From: Amoeboaphelidium occidentale
Lineage: Eukaryota
Direction of reading: 5' to 3'
DNA length: 64,000 bases
NCBI GenBank assembly: GCA_023515795.1
Contig: JALGPX010000002.1
Location: 62,001-126,000 of the forward strand
The position numbers and the translations under genes are program-made. The notes beneath the pieces are model-generated. The model ran no database searches. It saw only the letters and a list, made by a program, of their open reading frames with translations, and was not told the origin of the DNA. Position 1 is the stretch's first letter. Each line of letters opens with the position of its first letter. Of the stretch, positions 43,001-52,959 are shown piece by piece.

Positions 43001-43260
43001 AGCTCTGCATTCTTTTGTGCACCAACAGCATCTCCAGCCAATATCGAATTGATCAAGTAACGTAGCTGTTCATTTGAGACCTTAGAAGGTGCAGCAGATT
43101 TCTTCAACTCAGCATCATTACGTTTGTGTATATCAGTATTCCATTCACGAGCTGCATACAATGTTAGAAAGGGTTGAAACGGTGTGGATTCCTTACCTTG
43201 TCCATATGGAGCAAAAGCTGTGCATATAACGAGCATACACGCTACAGCTCTGAAAAGCAT
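40066..43260 (-). CDS. Secreted low-complexity structural-type protein C (Pro/Gly/Asn/Lys/Asp repeats, YP motifs, Gly/Tyr/Ser block, basic Cys-containing tail)
   Basis: 1064-aa intronless ORF; signal peptide MLFRAVACMLVICTAFA; NDKNPP and YMGSS tandem repeats. Confidence 0.82.
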   Translation of the reverse strand: MLFRAVACMLVICTAFAPYGQGKESTPFQPFLTLYAAREWNTDIHKRNDAELKKSAAPSKVSNEQLRYLINSILAGDAVGAQKNAELAKMDFNRTAEIILKSASKSKNNSTILEAVNAAIRGVTGTNSSILTSFVDPVARSTREGKDLEPTIRSAVSAAYLELSKDRNNTSVVDSILKTSKPARKSTKSKESGRASTPSDKPDNKSEADSKKSNETPEKKETTPIYNIETKPSPVPSPESNDAKSDTSSSSKDKEKAKEESDSSDERSGRKSNSTSTPDSVTKKETKKAAASSSSAGAATTNKKNDTNNKKKVVTKTTKKKKKLPTDDDKNPKNDGDKPGKPDEPKNPKSPGENDGPDDKNPKTPPNDDDKSPNGPGKGGDSPPGKNNNPPGNNNPPGGKNPKDDGSPGPNDKNPPKNDKNPPKNDKNPPNNDKNPPKKGDSPPSGGSPPKKDGDSPPKGGNPPGNGKSPNDDDIYPLPKGGSPPNDGNRPGKKDGNPPNDGGFPKNGDNSPKTPKGPKMPPGDIYPPNPTATEPSGIYPTTAEPNDSGLYPTPNSPYNLNPGSGSGSGPTETTPPDSNGTYPVPTESSSGDTPKAPADVYPTPSDSTQPNGPKYPKKFPSYPQDGSQYPKKGHETPSKMPKNTDGDQNVHPAPYPKDSSQNPNDGNGGNGGQSGDDCKKEKKDDNCDLDDLLKLALTKGISGSQSTVSTGGTVGAVGAVGTVGAIAAVPAIPATYVDYINTYDVSPMLGYQSTIYGPDYVGGLYGGYSASYGGGLGSYGYDSGYSCGASGYMGSSSYMGSSSYMGSSSYMGSSYAGAEYGSMGGDMYGGGDMYGGDMIGGRSIIADTADDCAVPVTADIAYGGSTYAGGDVCDPQYEYVYYDQDIPAVGVVAPAVVSAPVTPVISPGSVAVGTSSVTGTATGSTSLLNRLATSTTTASGSSTSLTDKLAATSQKESCSCNSQSSSLLDLIKKRLGFGNKEQKGKSDCAKCAAKQNLLNLIKAKTTKKCEDPKPKHAKNVPKSPLQNLVNTNKAKKMPKKGGKIVYPAKKTAPVHGAPRNAAIC
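40817..40887 (-). repeat. Coding 18-bp tandem repeat (YMGSSS, about 4 copies)
   Basis: Seen in DNA and in translation GYMGSSSYMGSSSYMGSSSYMGSSY; boundaries approximate. Confidence 0.8.
41947..42030 (-). repeat. Coding 21-bp tandem repeat (NDKNPP[K/N], 4 copies)
   Basis: NDKNPPKNDKNPPKNDKNPPNNDKNPPK. Confidence 0.85.
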
Positions 43261-43338
43261 AGCGGTAGTAGATTATGGAAAACGAAAAAACTATACACGA
43301 ACAATGGAATACTTATACGAGACGGTAATGCGTAATGG

Positions 43339-43352
43339 GAACCTCCATTATC
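43339..43352 (-). promoter_or_regulatory. Candidate cis-element GATAATGGAGGTTC upstream of protein C
   Basis: 13/14 match to 35441-35454, in the same orientation relative to its ATG. Confidence 0.45.
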
Positions 43353-43810
43353 GAGATCGTTGAATCCAATCAAACGTCGCCAAACCTCCGGCACTAAACC
43401 AACCAGGATCAAGCAACATTGTTAGTGTAATGGAGCATTTAGTGCAGGGGAAATATCGCAAATTATCGCTAGCCTGGAGCATCTGGTGCAATAGCTTGAT
43501 TACGACTTGTTTTGCGTTCAATGAGGTCTAACTATGTGTTGCATCGTTAGATTCAAGACTCAACTTCATCGATAATCTGGTCAACGAAACTCTTTAAGGG
43601 TTTCTTACGAGTTTCAGAGGTCGTCATTATGCAGGCCTGGAATGAACATCGTTGCCTTTAAGTTACAGCGTGTGGAAGACAAATAAGAACACAAGATGAA
43701 ACCCAACGCTATCATAAATCGATCCCCCTAGATAGCCCTCCATTATTCCGCCTTTAGCATCGCATTAAACGGTCAGGAAAGACCTATCCTTCTTTTTTCT
43801 TGAAAGCTCG

Positions 43811-44284
43811 ATGGACGCCGTGAAACTTATGAAACCTGGCGAGGACGCCGATATTGAAGTGGGCTGGGAGGACCAGAATAAAATCAACAAGTTTTCCAAC
43901 TTGAATGTGCGCATGTCTGAACTTGAAGAGCGCGTTGTTCATCTCAAGCGGGCCATTGAGGAAATACAAGACGCAGAAAACGAACTTGAACTTGTATTGA
44001 GCGATGATGAATTGGAGGATGAATTCGCTGATGTTGCCCTCGAAGAGAAGAAGAATGGCAGAAAAGCTTTTAATGTCGGCGTGCCATTGCTAATTGGAGA
44101 CTGTTTCGTGAATTTTGATCTTGAGGGCGCTAAGGAACGCCTCAGCCAAATGAAGGCCGAAAAGAATAATAACATGGATGCCCTCAAGAAAGAAATGGGT
44201 TCTATTGATAAGGAAATGGGAGAATTGAAGTCATCCTTGTACAAGCGGTTCGGCAACTCCATTCAGCTGGAACGTGAGCTTTGA
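43811..44284 (+). CDS. PFDN4: Prefoldin subunit 4 (Gim3)
   Basis: EVGWEDQNKINKFSNLN; IGDCFV; LKSSLYKRFGNSIQLE. Confidence 0.92.
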   Translation: MDAVKLMKPGEDADIEVGWEDQNKINKFSNLNVRMSELEERVVHLKRAIEEIQDAENELELVLSDDELEDEFADVALEEKKNGRKAFNVGVPLLIGDCFVNFDLEGAKERLSQMKAEKNNNMDALKKEMGSIDKEMGELKSSLYKRFGNSIQLEREL

Positions 44285-44317
44285 TATCCGCAAAATAAAG
44301 CATGCATGTAAATTTCA

Positions 44318-47300
44318 TTAGAAATTAAACGTCAAAGAAGGAAGAGGTTCAGTTCTTTTGAGCGTCACTGTACGATCTCCAAGCCATTCAAACCTCACCT
44401 CTTGCAAGATTGAAATCGCAGACTGGTAACTCAGTCGTCGCTTCCCAAAGAAATCATTCTGTTCGCCGTGTACACCGTCTACTTGAAAAGTCCTAAATAG
44501 TCTTAAAGAACCTGTGGCTCCGGCAGCTAATGTTCCAAGAAAGCCTTCAGAGCGATTATCTGAGCTTGATGAATGCCTTGTAACAGCATGAAAGGATGAA
44601 GATAATGCAGAGAAAATATTCGAATAAGGATGCCACACCTTCACACAACGTTCTTCAATAGAGTACGAAACCAACAAAAGCTCGTAATCTTTGGTGTTTT
44701 TCTTTGGAGAGGAAGCTATTTCGGTATTCAAAGATGATGCAGGCTTGTTGAATGACACAGCATTAATGCTATGAGTTCCATGAGCATCGAGTATCTGGAC
44801 CCTTGTCGCTGTCTTTAGGTCCCAAAATATGATTTGTCCGCCAGGATGACCATTGTGACTTGAAATGTTTGATTTGCCGACGTTTGCATTATCGCTCGCA
44901 GTTGCTATTGCAAGCCTTTGTGATAGTGCATGAAAGGAAATGGTGGGATAGATTCTAACAAATTCGTGAATGATATTTGTTACCACAGGGGAAATTCTTT
45001 CTCTAACTGTAAATGGAATGTTGGGATCCAAACAACCTTTGATTATGGCCTCTAAAATACCAGGAAGGTAATGCGGAAAGAAGCTTATTGGTCTCTAACA
45101 ATTAAGGCATTAAACAATAATGCGGTATTACCTGTTTTGCTACCATTAAGACACCAGCTCTTAACAGTATTTTTGTCCGTTCCCAATCCGAGTCTTTCAT
45201 ACCTGCGTTTAACAGTTCCGTTGAAAGTAGATTAACATAAGTTGTAGGGTCAGTCTGACAGATTGATATCACAGCTTGTCTACACGCAAATACCATTTGT
45301 CGTCTCTCAACAGCAAACTTTTCTTCTGGTTCATCGGGATAACTATTATAAGTGAATACGGATCTGAACGAAGATTTCTTTCTGAATGCAGCCAAATGCT
45401 TCTTCCATTCCTCCAACACTAGATTTTCAGCTTTTCCAACTGTTCGCTCAGGATCAAACATGAACTCAAATATATCTTTTTCATGCAATTGAACCTTCTG
45501 TTTATCTGCAATGTGTTCAGAACTTGAATCTCTTGTTTCTTTTGATGAGCTTATCGCAGCATGACTCCACAATTTCCGCATGACATATACCTGCAAAGGC
45601 AATGCTGCTGTGGGTGTATTAGATGGTATTGCTAAAGTAGGAGCAGGTTTTGATAAGTGAGGAATTTTTAAGTCCAAAACCGTAAGGCCTTGAAATGCCG
45701 GAGAAAAGCAATCCCAGTTGTTAGCAAGAATTTCAGCAGCAAGTAGTTTTAAAGTGTTCAGAACAGAAGCACTATCTGTTCCTGGGTCCGGTGTTGAGAG
45801 AAGCAGAGCCAGTGAAAGCAAAAGCTCGCGAATGAGTTTTGGACCGATCATAATAGGACCAGCACCATTTTTGATTTCTAACTGAACTGTTCCTTCATTA
45901 AGATCGACAGTTGGACCTTTCACAGATCCAACGGGAGGTATTAAAGTGGACAGAAGTATGCAAGACCGAATAGTTTGGTCATGAAACTGCGCAGAAGCAA
46001 AATCTCTGTTGATCGTTGGTAAAGTTTTCATCCACCTGTCGATAAAAACCTTCAAGTCTGACAATTGAATGCGTCTGATAAAGCTAGAAATCAGTATTCG
46101 AGCTGATATTTGTGCCTCTGCCTCAGAATCATGATAGAAATGTGCGAATAACGACAATGCAGGCGCAACTGCTTGTTCAACTTTGGAGAGGTCATCGAAT
46201 AAGTCTGTACTAATATATGCAATCCAATTAAGATTGACTTGTTCAGAAAGGGAATCAAAGCGCATCAGCTTCTTGAACAATATCATTAAAGCCATAAGCA
46301 TGCTTGCGGTTTGTTGTTTTGAAATGGACCACATGAAAAGTCTACGCTTCTTAAGATCATCCACGAGTTTAAAGTATGTAATATCGTTCAACATCAAACC
46401 CAATGAGCAATCAATAGACTTGATACCTATAGAGTGAACGCTATCGTCCAATTCTTTGCGAAGTTCCAATGGAGCTAACGCGGAAAGTAGCCCCTTGAGA
46501 AGATCAGTTGTAGTTGAGCCAAGAGGACTATTGCAGACATCCGTGTTATGTTTCAGCTTTTTTAAATCAATCTCAGCATTCATAACTACATTATTTAGCT
46601 CACAACTGAGAACATCTTTCGTTTGTTGTTTCTCATCAATGCTTACTAAAGTAGCCTGTATGGAATCTACTGGTTTACGCAGCTGCCATTCTTTCAAGTC
46701 TTTCTTTTCAAAAACGCATTCTCCGCCATTCCTTCTCAAAAGCCATCCCGCAAAAGTTTTTAGTCCCATTAGATAAACGTAAACTCCTTCAGAGTCTTCG
46801 GCAGTGGGCACAAACAGAACAACCTTGATGATAGAATCATTTTGATCTAAGCCAGATAAAAACCATCCAATTCGCCCTTGCTCCCAACTTAAAATAGACA
46901 AGCTAGAGCCATTAGAGGTTAGAACATAAAGCGATCGAAATAGGGTGGCCACAATACTAGATATTACAGAATGCTCGTCTATAGACCCTCGCCTTTGTTT
47001 CAAAGGATGCTTCTTTGTGTATCTAAAATTAGGAGCCCAAGTAGAAAATTTCGAAATGGTGCCGTCTGGTACCGATAAGTTGTCCTTGCTATTGGTCTCC
47101 TTCATTATTTTGGCCGAAACTGTTCCAACAGATTTCTTCGTGCTATCTTGTTCATTCATCACTTTTTTATACTCTGAATGCACAGGTTCGTGTAAACTCT
47201 TGAGACTGAAAGGATGTGCATGAAATACTCGTAATGGAATTGAAGAATGAATATCCCACCAAACAACAACTCCATCTTCCGAAGAAGAGAATATCCAATT

Positions 47301-48416
47301 TAATTGATACAAAGAGTTTGTGTCAGAGTTTGAAGATGCAGCTGAGTTGACAAAATAAGGTGGTGCGACAATACTTGTGACTTTTGTTCTATGATAATTC
47401 AGCAACAGGCTCTGCTCAGAAGGAAAGAATAATGAAGTTAAAGGATAAACATAAATGAAGCCATTCCGAAACCCTTTTACGATAAATCTGTCTTGAACTG
47501 GACAAATGACGGTGACATCTTGTTGTGCATCGGCATGAAATGAATAAAAACTAGGAGCGTGTTTCCCTTGTTTGAACATGACCAACTGAGAAGGCCCCTT
47601 CAGAATTATTTCCATAGAGCATTGAACAATTGAGAAGCCGCTGCAATCGTTTGAAGAAGTTCCGTTGATCTCAGTTTCATAATTGTACAAAACAGACTTG
47701 AAATCCGTTGAATACACGGAGAATCCCTTTGAGTGAGCCACAACTATTGCACTCAGACTAAGGAAAGCTGCCTTTTCAAGTTCATGGTCGTTATCATGCC
47801 TTGCCAATACAAAATGTTCTTTGGTTTCCAAGTTGACAAGAATAATAATCAAAGACCTTTTTGTCGTCACTAATAGCTGCAGAACATTCGTGAACTTGTT
47901 GCAGCAAACATACTTAATATCCCCCATAGTTAGATCTTTATCAGTAACAAAAGGTGCCAAGCTTATGTTTAATGACCAACCGGAAGCATGATATACATAA
48001 ATGTTCGTTGTCCCATACAGAACAAGCTCCGTATTCTTAACAGCGAATCCAGAAATAACCTCCGGTGTAGGCCCAAGTTCTCTAGTAATATTCAGTTGCG
48101 AATTAAGAACAATATTTTCAGGAACCAACAATATCATGTCGCTAACTTCGCCTGACGGAAGTAGCGCTTTATCTGATGAATGCTTTAATGAGTTCACAGG
48201 CTGATTGTTCAGGGTCAGAGTTTCCAATAAGTGTTCCTTGTCTGATAGTAAAAGCTTTTGTCCTCGAGAATCCTCAAAAGCGTGCAGCCTTTTCCGCGAG
48301 TGTATCAGCTGTGTCCGATATAAAACATTGTGCTCGTCCAAATTAAAAAAGAATTCATCGCATATGTCCTGTGGCAGAGTGTATTTCGTTGTTAAAAATG
48401 ACAAGTTGAGTTTCAT
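44318..48416 (-). CDS. Divergent WDR7/WDR72 (rabconnectin-3beta)-like WD40 + helical protein, 2 exons
   Basis: ORF 45102-48506 (first ATG 48416) splices near 45131 to the 44318 ORF; C-terminal IIFWDLKTATRVQILDAH, LVSYSIEERCVKVW and LDPN..RE motifs. Confidence 0.7.
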
Positions 48417-48565
48417 TTGTATCTGCTTCCTCTGTAGAGCGAATGAATCTCGCTTGAAAAAAACTTGACGACAGAAGGAAACTGTTTCAACATCGTTGCC
48501 GTGCAAATTACTTCAGTTGCGCTTTTATTTAATACTTTTATTGCTATGATATCTGTTCAATTAGA

Positions 48566-49597
48566 TCATAGCTCGCCATCTTCGTCTGTAAGAACTTCAC
48601 CCTCTTCTGGAGTATCAGGTCGAGCTAAAGGACTTTGAACAGACATATCAGCTTTAAGGGTATCAAGTTCTCTAATGCTAGAAGTTGCAGATGTTGGTAA
48701 ACTAATTCTTCCTATTCGCTCTGGATTAATAGGTGTCACAGATACATATGATCGATGTGCCTGCAGTTCTGCTTCGTATTCTTTACGTTTAGCTTCACAT
48801 AAAGCAGCAGCTTCTAGTCGACCGAAATCTCGCAGTTTCAGTACTTCACTACAACCATCTTTAATCTGTCGAGCCAGACCCTCAAATTCTCTACCAGCCC
48901 ATCGTTCTACAAACACACAAATGACTTCCATCCATTTTAACTTGTCCTTATTAAATTCTGACGCTCGCCAGTGTATTCCTGTTAGGTACGCGCAAACACC
49001 TGCGATAATCACTGCTGGATACAATAAAACACAAAAAGACTTTGCAACATCCAAGGACCATGCGAGCATTATCGAATGAATATGAGGGCACTCGGCTTTT
49101 GCAATTATACCATGATCAGCTAGAGCTTTCACAAGATTATCCAAATACATGTAAGGCGTAACATCCGGAGAAAAGTCAAAACATAGCATTTCCACCAGCG
49201 CATCTTCTACCGCGATGATTCTCGACGACCAGCGTGAAAACAGCGACTGAGTTAACTCTGCTTTTGATGCGTGCTTGGAAACCACAGCGATGAGATCCCT
49301 CGGCTTCCGGAAAGTCTCTTCCAACTTACAAGTTAGGAATAAGCAGGTCGCCCCTGTGTCGAATGTGTTATAATCAGCCATGGACCGCCTGCAATAGAAT
49401 CGATGCATATACAGACATGATATGTACAGAGCAGAGCAGTCCAGTCGTAAATCTCTACCGCAATCCTGAATAAATTTAGCGCATTTAGAACGTTCTGATA
49501 GTTCATGTATGGCATCTTTGCATGTTTTGTCCTGCACCGATGGGCAGTGGCTCAGCTGCGAGTGTGTAAAAACCCACGTTTCGATCTTTTGAGACAT
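48566..49597 (-). CDS. Transcriptional cyclin (cyclin T/K/L, Pch1-like)
   Basis: WVFT..QL..CPS; LYMHRFY; ATCLFLTCKLEETFRK; MLCFDF. Confidence 0.87.
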   Translation of the reverse strand: MSQKIETWVFTHSQLSHCPSVQDKTCKDAIHELSERSKCAKFIQDCGRDLRLDCSALYISCLYMHRFYCRRSMADYNTFDTGATCLFLTCKLEETFRKPRDLIAVVSKHASKAELTQSLFSRWSSRIIAVEDALVEMLCFDFSPDVTPYMYLDNLVKALADHGIIAKAECPHIHSIMLAWSLDVAKSFCVLLYPAVIIAGVCAYLTGIHWRASEFNKDKLKWMEVICVFVERWAGREFEGLARQIKDGCSEVLKLRDFGRLEAAALCEAKRKEYEAELQAHRSYVSVTPINPERIGRISLPTSATSSIRELDTLKADMSVQSPLARPDTPEEGEVLTDEDGEL

Positions 49598-49642
49598 CTG
49601 GAAGAAACTACGAGGGATTTATTCAAATCGTTTCGTGTCACT

Positions 49643-50546
49643 CTAGTAAACTCCCGGAATCCAAAAGTACGACTTCTTCTCGTATTCCTCAAACTCAGCC
49701 CCAAACCTGCTCAGCGACTGGTCCTTCTTGATCATGCTTGGAATCCAAACTATGGAATGTTAACGGAACCATCAGATAGACTTACCAGCTGCAACCATGC
49801 TTCCGAAAGTTAAGCACGGAAGCCAGTGGAAACTTAGAGTGCAGAAGGATGCGTAAATCAACAGTTCACCAAAATAGTTTGGATTCCTTGAAATTGCCCA
49901 AAGTCTTGTCTGTAACACATTCGGAGTTTTTAGCTTTTCAGCCTGTAACTTCTGTCTGAACTCCAAAAACACAGACTTGTGAATATCGGAGCAGAAGTGC
50001 CAAAATACGCCGTTACAGTAAAGGAAGACGCCTAGCTCATGTTAGACCTTTCTCAAAAGAACATGTAGCAGCATTTACCCATACCCAACACATATAGAGG
50101 AGGTCTTGTGGTTGAAGAAGCGATCAAGTAAGCAGGCAACCAATAATTCATCAGAGCCAAACCGGTCAAGAAGTTCATCATTAACGGAGCTCTCTTATGG
50201 AATCTTGTGTCGCCAAATCCCAACAAGTTCTTTGATGCCCACAAAATACCGTAACTTCCTTTAAAATTTAAAACTACTTCCGGTGCTCCAAATGGTTACC
50301 ATGACACCCAAAATATGCCCACGCAAAAGGGTTCTGTAAAGCATTATAAGGTGCATCTCTGTAGCGATACATGATCAATAGAATCACAATAGGACAAACA
50401 CCCTTAAACGAGTCGATTGTGTATGACAGCGGGAAGTGGTACCATTGGTATGGCCCTTTGAATTCATCTGCATCCGACAATTTGTTCAGACTCGCAACGA
50501 GCCCTGAGCTTTTCTGTTGCTGCTTTTCTGCAGTTTGTTTTGGCAT
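49643..50546 (-). CDS. DUF1295 / steroid 5-alpha-reductase-like membrane protein, 4 exons
   Basis: YFGCHG/SYGILW; FGDTRF; LWAISRNPNYFGELLIY; KKDQSLSRF..FEEY; three short introns; TAG 49643-49645. Confidence 0.82.
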
Positions 50547-50586
50547 TTGCGTAACAAAACTTACGGAATTGCGTCACAGAGGAAAT

Positions 50587-51366
50587 ATGAAAGTTTTGGT
50601 TGCTTTTGACTTTGACTGGACTCTTATAGACTCCGATAGCGACAGATTTACTGTTACGGAACTGCACCCGCAAGTGGGACAGCAGATGGATGAGTTGAAA
50701 CGGACTATTCAGTGGACAGATCTTATGAACCATCTTTATCATCAGCTGCATTCACACGGTATCCGACCAGATCAGATCAAAGAAACAATATCAAAGTTGC
50801 CCATGTCTGAATATGTTGTGAATACTTTAAAGTTCTTGAAGGATCAGATCAAAGCAGATATCTTCATCGTTTCCGATGCGAATACATTCTTCATTGAAGA
50901 ACTGCTGAGGCTGAAGGGTTTAAGAGAGTGTATTGATGGTATCATAACAAATCCGGCGTTCTTTGATGAGCATGGTCGATTGCACATTGAGCGAATGACG
51001 AAACCATCTGATCCGCCACATGGATGCTTACTGGGAACATGTGCCCCTAATATTTGTAAGGGCAAAGAGATCAAGCTTTTGACTCTGAAGAATGCTTATG
51101 ATGTTATGGTTTACGTTGGAGATGGTCGGAATGATTATTGTCCCAGCACGAAGCTAAGAAAAGATACTGATTATGTATTGTGCAGGAGAGGAAGAGGACT
51201 AGAAAATTTGTTACTTAATGGAACAGCTATGGAAGATGCTGATGGATTACATGCTACAATTCTTCCACATTATCCTCGTGTTGAAGCTGCAATCAAATAC
51301 TGGGATACTGGAAAAGATATGCACGACATCTTTCAAGAGATCTTCAAAAGTCACATTCAGAAATAG
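50587..51366 (+). CDS. PHOSPHO1/PHOSPHO2-like HAD phosphatase
   Basis: VAFDFDWTLIDSDSD; IVSDANTFFI; TNP; CAPNICKG; YVGDGRNDYCP; likely ATG 50587. Confidence 0.92.
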   Translation: MKVLVAFDFDWTLIDSDSDRFTVTELHPQVGQQMDELKRTIQWTDLMNHLYHQLHSHGIRPDQIKETISKLPMSEYVVNTLKFLKDQIKADIFIVSDANTFFIEELLRLKGLRECIDGIITNPAFFDEHGRLHIERMTKPSDPPHGCLLGTCAPNICKGKEIKLLTLKNAYDVMVYVGDGRNDYCPSTKLRKDTDYVLCRRGRGLENLLLNGTAMEDADGLHATILPHYPRVEAAIKYWDTGKDMHDIFQEIFKSHIQK

Positions 51367-51375
51367 ATCTTTTAT

Positions 51376-52959
51376 CTATCGAAACATTTTTAGCAGATTA
51401 GTATCAACTGAGTAGACCATTAACTTCCATAAGACTCTGAGCATGAATACAAACATCAGAATTGAAACCAAGATGAACAATTTCTTTGGCTTATTAGAAC
51501 GAACCTTGAGTTTCAATTCCTTCTGATCTGTGATGATAGGGCTGACTTTAGCGTTGATCTTTCTTCTTCTTGTGGCAGGTTTGATTTTTCCTGCTGATGA
51601 TTTGCTAGTTTGTCCGTCCTTTATGCCCATGTCTTCGATATCTGCAGCATTGGAATCGCAGCCTTTGTTACCTTCAGGAGCTACAATCAACTGGCCACAT
51701 GCAGCGTTAATGTCTTGACCAAGTTCTTGTCTGACGGTAACTTTTGTGTCATAACTTCGAACAATTGATACAAACTTATTGACTACACCTTGTGTTGGTG
51801 GTTTGTATCCTTGTAAATCGCCAATAGCAGTTGGGTTGTATGGAATAACATTTAGCAGAAAGTCTGTATTCCCTGCAATAAGCTTGCCCATTTTATGCGC
51901 GTGATCTTCGGTGCAATTAACGTCTGGGCCTAGTAATACATATTCTAACAGAACTCTACGCTTCTTATTAGAATCCTTCTTCTCATCGACCAAACGGGAA
52001 GATATTTGATAAGCAGGGCTATTTAAGGACTGTATCAAATTCTCGCTGCTAATAATTTCGTTCTGCTGTTTCGCGAAAGAAGAGACCGCGTCCATTAAAT
52101 CATTAATCTTCCAAGTTTTAGCGGTTGGAACTATTTTCTCTCTCGTTTCCTGATCAGGAGCATGAAGAGACAATGCTAGCGAAACTTGCGGCATATCTTC
52201 AAGCATCTGCCAAATCTTTGGTACGACACCAACGGTTGAAATTGTGATCTTGGCAGGCGATAAACCAAACATACCAGGATCTACCATACATTTGACTGCT
52301 TGACGGAGATTTTCATAATTCATCAATGGTTCTCCATTGGCCATGTAAACAACATTCCTGATATCAGCCATTCCTCTTGCGTGATAAACTTGCTCCAAAA
52401 CTTCAGCGGCGGTCAGATTACCCATTAAGCCAATTTGACTAACAGCACAAAACTTGCAGCCCATTGCACAACCAACTTGCGTCGACACACAAACAGTAGC
52501 GCGCATCTTTGATTTAAACTTCCTGAACGCCGTAGTCGTAGTAGAAACACTCATCACAGAAGCAGCATCATTTCCTAATCTTTGTTCCGTCTCTTCTAAT
52601 AGCTGAAGCCTCTTCTTTCTCTCAGCTTCGGGATATGATCGCAACTCAACATGACCATATCTCATAACGACGCATTCCACTTTACTGACACCATCCGAAA
52701 GAAGGATCACCAATTTCGTCGTACTTCCATCTGCGGACTCTTTCTTATCAACCACTTTAGTCAGCACGCCGAATCGTTCTTTCAAAAGCTTGATGGCGTC
52801 CAAAGGGAAATCCTTAATTTGCTCAAAATTGAACTTACGGTACTTCAAAACATAACGATACGCCGTAGCTGCGTGCTTCTGTTTTATACCGGCCTGTGCA
52901 AATTCTGCCTCAAGAGCGTTCACGTCGAATATAGAAAACTTGACCAAATTCTGTTCCAT
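51376..52959 (-). CDS. rlmN: RlmN/Cfr-family radical-SAM RNA methyltransferase with C-terminal TM helix
   Basis: SADGSTTKL; ATVCVSTQVGCAMGCKFC; NVVYMANGEPL; ITISTVG; LALSLHAP; EYVLL; NVIPYN; DINAACGQL; first ATG 52959. Confidence 0.9.
   Translation of the reverse strand: MEQNLVKFSIFDVNALEAEFAQAGIKQKHAATAYRYVLKYRKFNFEQIKDFPLDAIKLLKERFGVLTKVVDKKESADGSTTKLVILLSDGVSKVECVVMRYGHVELRSYPEAERKKRLQLLEETEQRLGNDAASVMSVSTTTTAFRKFKSKMRATVCVSTQVGCAMGCKFCAVSQIGLMGNLTAAEVLEQVYHARGMADIRNVVYMANGEPLMNYENLRQAVKCMVDPGMFGLSPAKITISTVGVVPKIWQMLEDMPQVSLALSLHAPDQETREKIVPTAKTWKINDLMDAVSSFAKQQNEIISSENLIQSLNSPAYQISSRLVDEKKDSNKKRRVLLEYVLLGPDVNCTEDHAHKMGKLIAGNTDFLLNVIPYNPTAIGDLQGYKPPTQGVVNKFVSIVRSYDTKVTVRQELGQDINAACGQLIVAPEGNKGCDSNAADIEDMGIKDGQTSKSSAGKIKPATRRRKINAKVSPIITDQKELKLKVRSNKPKKLFILVSILMFVFMLRVLWKLMVYSVDTNLLKMFR

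Noticed and set aside
43586..43615. Hairpin GAAACTC...GAGTTTC in the long spacer
   Set aside because: Short AT-rich stem with no recognisable RNA family features; compatible with chance
50371..50586. N-terminal extension of the phosphatase overlapping the DUF1295-like gene
   Set aside because: It is the antisense of the neighbour's first exon; the HAD motif starts right after ATG 50587
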